The notes under the pieces: generated by a model
Databases searched by the model: none
What the model saw: only the letters and a program-made list of their open reading frames with translations
What the model was told of the DNA's origin: nothing
Shown: positions 25,600 through 33,065 of the stretch, piece by piece
Position numbering within the stretch: position 1 is the first letter of the stretch
Layout: every line of letters begins with the position of its first letter
Translations under genes and position numbers: made by a program
IMG/VR virus record: IMGVR_UViG_3300045988_057894
Span: 1 to 54,712 of that record
Length of the DNA stretch: 54,712 bases
From: a virus
Direction: 5' to 3' (one strand)

Positions 25600-25774
25600 A
25601 ATTAAAAATCCATCCGGTTGTCATTACAGAGGCTGCCACGATGATTCCCCATGTGCCTTTTGCGCCGACCAGTAGTTCAATGAGATGTACCAGCCACAGG
25701 TTCAACAGAAACGCTGCCAGAACCAACGCCATGACGATGCCCCAGATCAGGGCGATTTCCACCAGTGCTTTCAT
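25553..25774 (-). CDS. Membrane protein (73 aa)
   Basis: Two hydrophobic helices and an AAAGGA RBS. Overlaps the next ORF by 47 nt. Confidence 0.4.
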   Translation of the reverse strand: MKALVEIALIWGIVMALVLAAFLLNLWLVHLIELLVGAKGTWGIIVAASVMTTGWIFNFGSKNDEKNDAGSRS

Positions 25775-25855
25775 CTTTGTCCTTTCTATTTGTGTATGTG
25801 TTCCAGCCGGTCTTTCTCACGGCTGTGCCAGCGGATTTCCCGCTTTCCGTAATAC

Positions 25856-26266
25856 TTACCGTTCATAGGTCAGCTCCCCTGTTGCAAGCATCTGCGACAC
25901 CTCGCCGTAATGCTTGCCCAGCTTGTCCGCAAGAGCTTGTACTTCTCCGATGGACGGAAACGTCTTTTCCAGCTTCTTCTTTTCTTGCTGTTTTGCTTTG
26001 TACGCTGACTTCGCGTTCAGGTTCGCCTTTGCGTTGTAGGCTTTCTTAGCGCATCCATTGTGGTACTTCTGTGATGCCACTTTTTTCAGCATCGGCTTGC
26101 CGCAGTATGCGCAGAACACTTTTTTCGGCTTGAATATAACTCCAGCTCTTTCATGTTCTTTATGGCGCTCCTTGTAAACCTTGCGCTTGCACTCGGAACA
26201 GTACCGTCTTGTAGGTCTGACCACACCAAGATACAGTCCGCAACGCTCACAGTACTTTTCTTCCAC
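25856..26266 (-). CDS. Basic multi-zinc-ribbon protein (136 aa)
   Basis: GTG start after GAGGAG. CERCG..CSEC..CAYCG motifs. Confidence 0.5.
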   Translation of the reverse strand: MEEKYCERCGLYLGVVRPTRRYCSECKRKVYKERHKEHERAGVIFKPKKVFCAYCGKPMLKKVASQKYHNGCAKKAYNAKANLNAKSAYKAKQQEKKKLEKTFPSIGEVQALADKLGKHYGEVSQMLATGELTYER

Positions 26267-26438
26267 GCTGCATCTCCTCTTTCAGTCTGGCTTCCCGATT
26301 GTGGCGTTCAAAGCACTGGTTCAGCATCTTTTCCATCCACAACACCTTGTTGACTTCGTTCCGGGAAACGCCCTCCGCCATTGCAAGTTTCAACCTGCGC
26401 TTCCGGCTCGGTGCTTTGTAAAAGTACGTCACCAGCAC
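26247..26438 (-). CDS. Small basic, possibly DNA-binding, protein
   Basis: ORF only. Start codon uncertain. Confidence 0.35.
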   Translation of the reverse strand: MLVTYFYKAPSRKRRLKLAMAEGVSRNEVNKVLWMEKMLNQCFERHNREARLKEEMQRGRKVL

Positions 26439-26803
26439 TCACCAGCCTTTTTGATGATGAACGTTGGCACTTCCCTGCCGGTAGCCCGGCACAGACAAAC
26501 GCACTTGCCAATCCAAATGTTCCAGTAGAATGGGTCTGTCATACAGAACGTGTTGGAATGGTTTTGGCTGTCTTCATCCAGCATCCACAGCGAAATTGCA
26601 TTGTCTGCCTTCGACCAGCTGATGCTGTATCCGTCCAAGCACAACTGCTGCATAATCTGCATTGCCAGACGCTTTGCTTCGGCGAGCTCGTCTGCCGTCC
26701 ACTTAAGCTTGTCCGCTTCGTAGGCCTCAACCGCCTTGTCAATGGCGCGGTGCGCTTCTTCTGGGTATTCAAGGTCTACCTTTAAGGTGATAATCTGCTC
26801 CAT
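26429..26803 (-). CDS. Hypothetical protein (124 aa)
   Basis: GGGAGG RBS at the internal ATG. Confidence 0.5.
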   Translation of the reverse strand: MEQIITLKVDLEYPEEAHRAIDKAVEAYEADKLKWTADELAEAKRLAMQIMQQLCLDGYSISWSKADNAISLWMLDEDSQNHSNTFCMTDPFYWNIWIGKCVCLCRATGREVPTFIIKKAGECW

Positions 26804-26805
26804 GT

Positions 26806-27592
26806 TCAGTCCTCCCATCCTCCGAAATCTTGCTGTTCTGCAACAGCCCTAGTCTCGATTCTCGGCGTGATGCCTAGCTTCTTGAGCTGCTCATGGATGA
26901 GCTTTTCACCCTCGACCGTCCAAACCGTCGTGTTCGGGATATAAGTCTTACCATTAGAGCGCTGAATAGCCTTACCTTTGCGGTTCTTAGTGTAGCCCTT
27001 GCCCTGATAGGGTTTGTACAGTACCCACTGACCGTCACTGTCTTTGTACTGGACTCGCTGGCTGTAAAGCAGCTTGTTCAGCTTTTCAGCAGTCAAACCG
27101 TAATCCTTTGCAATGCTGGTGGCTGTCCGGCAGTTGTCCGCAATGCACACAGCACGAGCAAACTCAGCATCCGGTGTCAGCTCTGCAATCCGCTTGTCCT
27201 TCTCCTCCAGCTCCTCATGCGCTGCGATCAGTGCAGTTGCGAGAAGCTGCGACCTGGTAAGCTGCGGCGCGTTGTAGCTTCCAGTCTTACGAATTGCAGG
27301 AAGCACATCGTTCGTGACCCATCTGTGGAACGGAGCCGCTTCCGGTTTGTCGCTGCGGAGAATGACATGGTACAGACCGCTTTCATTGACAACCGTTACG
27401 TTCTGTGTGCCACCGGGGGGTGTGAATCTGATTCATACCCTTTTCATCATCATCCAAACGCTCTGCGACTTTTGCTGTCGTACCAAGATGAAGAACTTCA
27501 CACACATCTTTCAGAACGAACCACGCTTCACCGTCCACATCAACAGTGCGAACCTTGCTATTCTGATATTCAAAAACTTGAATGTTTGCCAT
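26806..27592 (-). pseudogene. Bro-N / KilAC antirepressor split by a frameshift in a C6 (plus-strand G6) run
   Basis: ORF 27592-27383 is a Bro-N domain ending ...IHTPRWHTERNGCQ*. With one fewer C at 27415-27420 it reads IHTPGGTQNVTVVNESGLYHVILRSDKPEAAPFHRWVTNDVLPAIRKTG and continues into ORF 27306-26806 (KilAC-like). Confidence 0.75.
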
Positions 27593-27605
27593 TTTCTCTC
27601 CTTTC

Positions 27606-27827
27606 TTATGCTCCCGAATCCTGAATGTTCAAAATCCGGCAGATGCTTTTCTTGATTCCGGGCGTTTCCAGCTTTCCAGTCTTAACCTTGAAAAGGTAAG
27701 AACGGTCAAAATATCGTCCGGTATCCTCCTTGACTTTTTTAATCAACCAGTCGTTGGTCTTGTCTTTTTGGATAAGAGCAATCTCGATTTGTTTGCCAAA
27801 GTCACACAGAGGTTTTTTTTCAGCCAT
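27606..27827 (-). CDS. Cro-like early regulator (first gene of the leftward early operon)
   Basis: GGAGGTG RBS. Divergent from the CI-like repressor and immediately downstream of an operator-bearing promoter. Confidence 0.55.
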   Translation of the reverse strand: MAEKKPLCDFGKQIEIALIQKDKTNDWLIKKVKEDTGRYFDRSYLFKVKTGKLETPGIKKSICRILNIQDSGA

Positions 27828-27844
27828 TATTTCACCTCCGGCTA

Positions 27845-27969
27845 TTGATTTTTACGCATAAGTGTAATATAATGAAGTTGCTAGAAATCATTCATTACGC
27901 CTTCGCGGTACGGTCTTAGTATAATACGCTTCCGCGTAAAATGCAAGGCTTTTTTAAGCGTTCGCGTAA
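27845..27969. promoter_or_regulatory. Immunity switch: divergent promoters with four 16-bp operator-like sites (TTACGC-N4-GCGTAA)
   Basis: Plus strand TTGATT-17-TATAAT (27845-27873). Minus strand TTGCAT-17-TATACT (27946-27918). Sites at 27852-67, 27895-910, 27924-39 and 27954-69. Two of them lie inside promoter spacers. Confidence 0.6.
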
Positions 27970-28003
27970 TTTCAGCAAACCTTACAATGCGAGGACTGGA
28001 ATT

Positions 28004-28333
28004 ATGGCAAACTTGTACGAAAATATTGAAAAACTCTGCAAGCAGCGCGGAGTAAATGTGACTATAATGTGCAAGGAATCGGGTGCAAGCCGTGGGTCTT
28101 TGACCGATTTGAAAAACGGTAGAAAGCAAAGCTTGAAATATGAAACGCTCGATAAGATAGCTTCTTATTTTGGAACAAGCGTAGATGCTTTGGTTTCTGG
28201 CAACCAAAAAGAAAACCCGCACCAGCAGCCGCAAAGTGAAGTCGATGCAGCAGTGGAGCGGATTAGAAAAAAGCTTGAATCTATGCCGACAGCGCAGCGT
28301 GAAGCGCTGATGAACCTAATCGAGAAGATGTGA
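28004..28333 (+). CDS. CI-like XRE-family repressor
   Basis: GAGGA RBS. LCKQRGVNVTIMCKESGASRGSLTDLKNGRKQSLKYETLDKIASYFG HTH. Divergent from the cro-like gene. Confidence 0.72.
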   Translation: MANLYENIEKLCKQRGVNVTIMCKESGASRGSLTDLKNGRKQSLKYETLDKIASYFGTSVDALVSGNQKENPHQQPQSEVDAAVERIRKKLESMPTAQREALMNLIEKM

Positions 28334-28342
28334 GGTAAGCCC

Positions 28343-28477
28343 GTGTATTATTTGTTGTGCGGCTGTGCCTTTTGCTTCTGGTTCATGCAGGCCTTGTTAA
28401 AAGGCAATGACCGTGTGCTATATAGCAACAGCAGAAAATATCGTTACCGTAGAAACCGAAAAAAGAACTGGTTCTGA
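28343..28477 (+). CDS. Possible 44-aa hydrophobic/basic peptide
   Basis: GTG 6 nt after GAGGT and followed by a terminator. Below the ORF-track cut-off. Confidence 0.3.
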   Translation: MYYLLCGCAFCFWFMQALLKGNDRVLYSNSRKYRYRRNRKKNWF

Positions 28478-28493
28478 CCCGGTAAAATAAAAA

Positions 28494-28536
28494 CCCCTTG
28501 TGCCGGGCTGGTGTAGCTCTGTGCAAGGGGTTTTCT
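28494..28536 (+). terminator. Rho-independent terminator of the repressor transcript
   Basis: CCCCTTG...CAAGGGG stem then TTTTCT. Confidence 0.6.
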
Positions 28537-28537
28537 G

Positions 28538-28639
28538 TTATTCCAGGTCTAATGCTTTCTCCGCTGCCGGAATCTTATCAGGGTGTTCCAACAGCCATGC
28601 GATAAACCTGTCAATCTTAGCTCTTTCTTGTTCGCTCAT
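28538..28639 (-). CDS. Possible 33-aa peptide
   Basis: GGAGGA 9 nt before the ATG at 28639. Reads MSEQERAKIDRFIAWLLEHPDKIPAAEKALDLE. Confidence 0.3.
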   Translation of the reverse strand: MSEQERAKIDRFIAWLLEHPDKIPAAEKALDLE

Positions 28640-28830
28640 TGTAGCATATCCTCCCGATCAGTAAAAATGAATGTTCATTTGATACGATTATACACCTTTC
28701 AGTTGTACAGTCAATACAATTTGAACAACTTCGTAAAAATCGAACGTTTTCTTTGCATCCGTTACTTTACATCGGGGAAGCCACGAGCGTTCAAGTCAAA
28801 AGGGACAACGCCTATCCATCTTTTCTCCAA

Positions 28831-29034
28831 TCACAGTTCTACGAACTGCCCGTTAATTTTTTCGATGTTCTCTGCCGGGTCACATCCATTATCTAAGGCG
28901 GCTACGGCACGCTCTAGGACAGCTTTTGCTTCTTCGTAAGCAAACTTATCGGCATTGCTGTTTGCAAGGTTGTAGACCAGCTTTAAGGCGGTCTGGCGGG
29001 CATAGGGTATAAGCATGGTGTCGATTTGATTCAT
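28831..29034 (-). CDS. Hypothetical helical protein (67 aa)
   Basis: GGGAGGG RBS. Confidence 0.45.
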   Translation of the reverse strand: MNQIDTMLIPYARQTALKLVYNLANSNADKFAYEEAKAVLERAVAALDNGCDPAENIEKINGQFVEL

Positions 29035-29250
29035 AGACTAGCCCTCCCACGGCTTTGGCGTTCTGCTTTCGGTCGGTTCAGATGCGGGCATCCCGTCAAT
29101 GATAATCATGTTGTTACCTCCTGCTTGATTATTTTTTCGATGTTACAGTTATAACACAGGCTGCTGTTGGTTCTCCATAGCAGCTTTTTCCATTTTTTGG
29201 CTTGTCGAATCCAGCAGTTTTGCCGGATTTTGTTGAAAGGGTGGGAATTT

Positions 29251-29844
29251 ATGGATGAATATTTGGTAAGAACGGCCAAAGCATTAGAGATGGCACGGAT
29301 ACGTTCCGGCTTAAGCCAGCAGAAATTAGCCGCACGAATGGGCGTGAATCGTGGCACGATTTCCAACTGGGAGCAAGGTCTGGCAGCCATCTCCCTGCCA
29401 ATGGCTATGCGCTGGTTCACCTGCTGCGGCGTATCGGTGGCTCGATACATGGACGCTTGCATTCATCCGGGGCTGCTGGAGCATCTGGAGGACGACCTTT
29501 CCAGCATGGGAAAGCGTAAGATTCTCATAGATGCCATGATGGAGTGTTCCTCCTATGAGATAGATGCCTTGTTGTACATTCGGTACGGAGATCACGGCTC
29601 AGACCACATCGGCGTGTTGACGGAGATTCTGGCAAACCTCCACACGCCGTTGAAGGACAGGGTCGCTGTCTGCCGGATGGTATCGGGAAACTATGAGATA
29701 ACACAGGCTACCGGAACAGACCCAGACCCGAACGGAACCGCCCCGAAGATGGGAATACTCTATCAGGCGCAAGATGCTGGAACTGAAGCCGCTATGAAGT
29801 CCAACGATTCTTATACCGTGAACCCAAATAATATAACTGGCTGA
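29251..29844 (+). CDS. XRE-family HTH regulator with a ~130-aa C-terminal domain
   Basis: ARIRSGLSQQKLAARMGVNRGTISNWEQG HTH. Lies directly upstream of the plasmid-type origin. Confidence 0.65.
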   Translation: MDEYLVRTAKALEMARIRSGLSQQKLAARMGVNRGTISNWEQGLAAISLPMAMRWFTCCGVSVARYMDACIHPGLLEHLEDDLSSMGKRKILIDAMMECSSYEIDALLYIRYGDHGSDHIGVLTEILANLHTPLKDRVAVCRMVSGNYEITQATGTDPDPNGTAPKMGILYQAQDAGTEAAMKSNDSYTVNPNNITG

Positions 29845-30130
29845 TTGTCGAATTATCGTAGTTTTTTAAGAACATTTTGTCCACGTTCATCCACTTTTTG
29901 TACACCTATCGGACAAATTTACCTTGTCATTCCGTCCCCCATAGGCTGCAAATCGACAGTATTCGCGCTGAATAAATAACGAATTATCGTTAATCTGATG
30001 TTTGTGTTTGAATAGTTCGTCAATCCGTCCCCCATAACACCGGCTCAAAAGTTTTTCATCCACATTTTGTACACGTTAGATAAGACTAATCATTGTCGGA
30101 AAGACTTTATTCAGCAAATGGAAGGTTGAG

Positions 30131-30139
30131 TTATCCACA
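30131..30139 (+). promoter_or_regulatory. Consensus DnaA box
   Basis: Exact TTATCCACA, about 100 bp upstream of the iterons and next to an AT-rich tract (30215-30245). Confidence 0.6.
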
Positions 30140-30245
30140 AGCTGGAATGGAAAAAACAAAGAAATTGTTGAAAATTATCGTCATCGCCTATTTAACGATG
30201 ATATTTAACCTCTTGTTTATTTCTTGTTTAATATATAATATGTAG

Positions 30246-30343
30246 ATGGGGGACGAAATGACAAAGCATGGGGGACGTTTTGACAAGTCATGGGGGACGT
30301 TTTGACGACCATATGGGGGACAAAAAGACAAGTCATGGGGGAC
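30246..30343 (+). repeat. Five direct iterons (core ATGGGGGAC) at 22/22/23/22-bp spacing
   Basis: Cores at 30246, 30268, 30290, 30313 and 30335. Inverted copies GTCCCCCAT at 29934-42 and 30027-35. A partial inverted copy (acgtcccc) lies inside the rep promoter spacer. Confidence 0.85.
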
Positions 30344-30351
30344 AAAAATGG

Positions 30352-30380
30352 TTGACACGTCCCCAAAAATGTGGTATAAT
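30352..30380 (+). promoter_or_regulatory. Promoter of the rep-par operon, overlapped by a partial iteron
   Basis: TTGACA, 17-nt spacer, TATAAT. The spacer contains cgtcccc, suggesting autoregulation by Rep. Confidence 0.65.
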
Positions 30381-30407
30381 CATACCAGAAAAAAGGAGGC
30401 GTGAATC

Positions 30408-30767
30408 ATGAAAAAATATTTTCTGCTTGGTGAGGACATCGACCGCACCGAAATCACCGCAGAGGAAGCTACGCAACGTCAATTCGATGGTGATTATCGG
30501 GTTGTTGTTGAAGATGACGAACCCGCCGTCAAGGTTGACTCTGTTGCGATCAGTGCGACAGCGGAGCCGGATTGGGAGCCGTTCGCGTTCCCGGAAAAGC
30601 CCGGCTATCGCCTGACTGGGCACATCATCACCCGGTACGACAACGAGGGACTGTCTGACCGTATGGATTCCGTCCCTGCTGATGCCATCAAGACGGAGGA
30701 GCAAAACCGGTGGAGTTGGAAAGTTGGGCTTTTGCCACTACTCCATCATTGCCAGCCCTGTGTATGA
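30408..30767 (+). CDS. Acidic hypothetical protein (119 aa), first gene of the rep operon
   Basis: AAGGAGG RBS. The 3' end overlaps a second open frame (30682-30867) that runs up to the rep RBS. Confidence 0.5.
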   Translation: MKKYFLLGEDIDRTEITAEEATQRQFDGDYRVVVEDDEPAVKVDSVAISATAEPDWEPFAFPEKPGYRLTGHIITRYDNEGLSDRMDSVPADAIKTEEQNRWSWKVGLLPLLHHCQPCV

Positions 30768-30877
30768 CATTATTGCTACCGCAGCCTGCGGTGGTTGCGA
30801 AGGGTGCAAGCGCATGACCTGCTCCCGCCGTCAGAACGGCGTGAAGTGCCGTAATTATAGGGTATAAGGAGGAGCGG

Positions 30878-31957
30878 ATGCCAAAAATATCAGACAATAA
30901 CCTTGTCGAGAAAAGCAAATCCCTTGTTTGGGCGAAATTTAGGGACTACACCGCAGGAGAACTTCGGTTGTTGGAGGTTTACCTATCAAGAATAAATCCG
31001 AGAGACCCAAACAGCAGCCGTGTGGAGTTCTCGTTGGCAGAGTACAGAGACCTGCTGGGGTTAAAAAGCCTTGATGCACGAAGGATTGAGCCGCAGATCA
31101 AGCACTTTCTAGGCAATACAGTGTCGATTCCCATTGACAAAGAGAAGGGCACGTTTGAGAGTTTTGTCCTTTTCACAAGGGCAAAACTGGATTATGTGCC
31201 GGAAACAAGGTCTTATGTTGTGGCAATCACTTGCAACCCTGATCTTCGCCCCATCTTTTTTGATATTGCCGAAAGCGGGTACGTTCGGTATCGTCTGCGC
31301 TACACATCACGGATGAAATCACAGTACAGCATCCTGCTTTATTCTATTCTTCGGGACTGGTTGAATATGGACAACAAACCGCATGAAATCAGTCTGAAAA
31401 GGCTAAGAGAACAGCTCGGTGCGATGGAAGCAAGCTACGATGTTTACAAGAACCTTCGTAAACGAGTGCTTGATGTTGCAGTGGATGAAATCAATGCTGT
31501 GTCTGACATCGTGGTGACCTATGAACCGGTTCTTGTGGCACGAAAGGCCGTGGCAGTCAAGTTTAAGCCCAAAATTAAAGCGTCTGAGACACTGATTGAA
31601 GCTCAGGCAAGCGAAATATCGACCGAACCTCAAAAATCCACCAGAAAGCCCCGTAGAAGCGGATACGAGGATTTTGACTGGTCTGTGTGTGACGAGCTGG
31701 AAAAGCAAGACTGCATTGACGTGGCAAAAGTGGTTGAGAAGTGGATGAAGAAAGAGCATCCAGAAATCAAGCTGCCGAGACGCAGAGAAGCGGTTTACGA
31801 GACGGTAAAGGCAGCGTATAAGGATATTTTGTCTTTGGACAGGTCTCCGTTCCCCGACAGACCTGTTGGTTATCTGATTAGAAGCGTGGACAAGGCAGGT
31901 ATCGTAGACAAGTATATGCCAGCGTTTTATTCCATTGAAGCGCTTAACAGCAAATAA
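30878..31957 (+). CDS. Plasmid replication initiator, Rep_3 (RepB/RepE-like) family
   Basis: TAAGGAGG RBS. N-terminus NNLVEKSKSLVWAKFRDYTAGELRLLEVYLSRI, then YSILLYSILRDW, ISLKRLREQLG, YKNLRKRVLDVAVDEINAVSDIVVTYEPV. This pattern fits iteron-binding initiators, and iterons lie directly upstream. Confidence 0.8.
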   Translation: MPKISDNNLVEKSKSLVWAKFRDYTAGELRLLEVYLSRINPRDPNSSRVEFSLAEYRDLLGLKSLDARRIEPQIKHFLGNTVSIPIDKEKGTFESFVLFTRAKLDYVPETRSYVVAITCNPDLRPIFFDIAESGYVRYRLRYTSRMKSQYSILLYSILRDWLNMDNKPHEISLKRLREQLGAMEASYDVYKNLRKRVLDVAVDEINAVSDIVVTYEPVLVARKAVAVKFKPKIKASETLIEAQASEISTEPQKSTRKPRRSGYEDFDWSVCDELEKQDCIDVAKVVEKWMKKEHPEIKLPRRREAVYETVKAAYKDILSLDRSPFPDRPVGYLIRSVDKAGIVDKYMPAFYSIEALNSK

Positions 31958-31972
31958 AGAAAGAGTGATAAA

Positions 31973-32746
31973 ATGGCAAAAATCATAGCTATCGCCAACC
32001 AGAAGGGCGGCGCAGGCAAAACCACCACAAGCACCTGTCTGGCTGGCGCGTTGCAGTTGCTTGGCAAGAAAGTCTTACTGGTAGACTGCGATGCCCAGTG
32101 CAACGCAACGGACACTTACGGCGCACAGACAGAGGACGTATGTACTTTGTTCGATGTAATGACCCGTCAGGGCACGGTAGAGGAAGGAATCCAGCACTGC
32201 GAAGCTGGTGACATTCTGCCGTCAGACAATGCATTGAAGGACATTGACGAGCAGCTTGTCCGGGACATGGGCAAGAACTTCCGGCTGCGTGAAGCACTGG
32301 AATCCGTGTCTGAACAGTACGATTACATTGTTTTGGACACTCCCCCGCAGCTCGGTCTTGCGCTTGTAAACGCTCTGATTGCCGCCAACAGCATCATCGT
32401 GCCCATTACGGCAGACCGATATGCACTGGCTGGTCTGAGCCAGCTTTCGCAGACCATTGGCGACGTTCGCAGATACTTCAACCCGACCTTGAAGATTGAA
32501 GGTCTGCTTCTGAACCAGTACAAGAGCCGTGAGAACCTGTCTAAAGAGGTCGTGGAACAGCTCCCTGTGATTGCACAGAGCATGGGCACAACCCTGCTGG
32601 ACGTGAAAATCAGACCGTCTATGGGCGTTCGCAAGTCACAGGCAGAACGACACAGCCTGTTTAGTGGTGACACGGCAAAGAGCACCAGTGCAGAGGACTT
32701 CAAGGCGTTGGCGCAGATGATTGTGAAAGGAGAAGAAAATGAGTAA
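31973..32746 (+). CDS. parA: ParA/Soj-type partition ATPase
   Basis: Deviant Walker A IAIANQKGGAGKTTTS and VLLVDCDAQCNAT. 257 aa with no N-terminal HTH (type Ib-like). Confidence 0.9.
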   Translation: MAKIIAIANQKGGAGKTTTSTCLAGALQLLGKKVLLVDCDAQCNATDTYGAQTEDVCTLFDVMTRQGTVEEGIQHCEAGDILPSDNALKDIDEQLVRDMGKNFRLREALESVSEQYDYIVLDTPPQLGLALVNALIAANSIIVPITADRYALAGLSQLSQTIGDVRRYFNPTLKIEGLLLNQYKSRENLSKEVVEQLPVIAQSMGTTLLDVKIRPSMGVRKSQAERHSLFSGDTAKSTSAEDFKALAQMIVKGEENE

Positions 32747-33065
32747 GAAGATTGTAGACGTTGCTCCCTTGATGGAATATTATAAAAACAGACTTCTTGA
32801 AGAAGGTGACAATCAAGCGTTGGAAGATGCGTTAGAAAGGTTAAGAGCGTTAAGAAATGCTGATGTGCAAGATTTACAGACAAAAGCAACATGGGAACGT
32901 CCAGAGGGTTTGACTTTTATTATTCAGGACGATTATGATAACAGCCATGCAGAGCAAGCAATTAAATGCAGTAATTGTGGTGGTATGATTTCCGAAAGCG
33001 ATTTCGACAAGTGGATTTGGAATTTTTGCCCAGTATGCGGCGCAAAAATGGAGGAAGAAAAATGA
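32739..33065 (+). CDS. Zinc-ribbon protein inserted between parA and the parG-like gene (paralogue of 21808-22122)
   Basis: Overlaps the parA stop. C-terminus CSNCG...NFCPVCGAKMEEEK. Confidence 0.55.
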   Translation: MSKKIVDVAPLMEYYKNRLLEEGDNQALEDALERLRALRNADVQDLQTKATWERPEGLTFIIQDDYDNSHAEQAIKCSNCGGMISESDFDKWIWNFCPVCGAKMEEEK

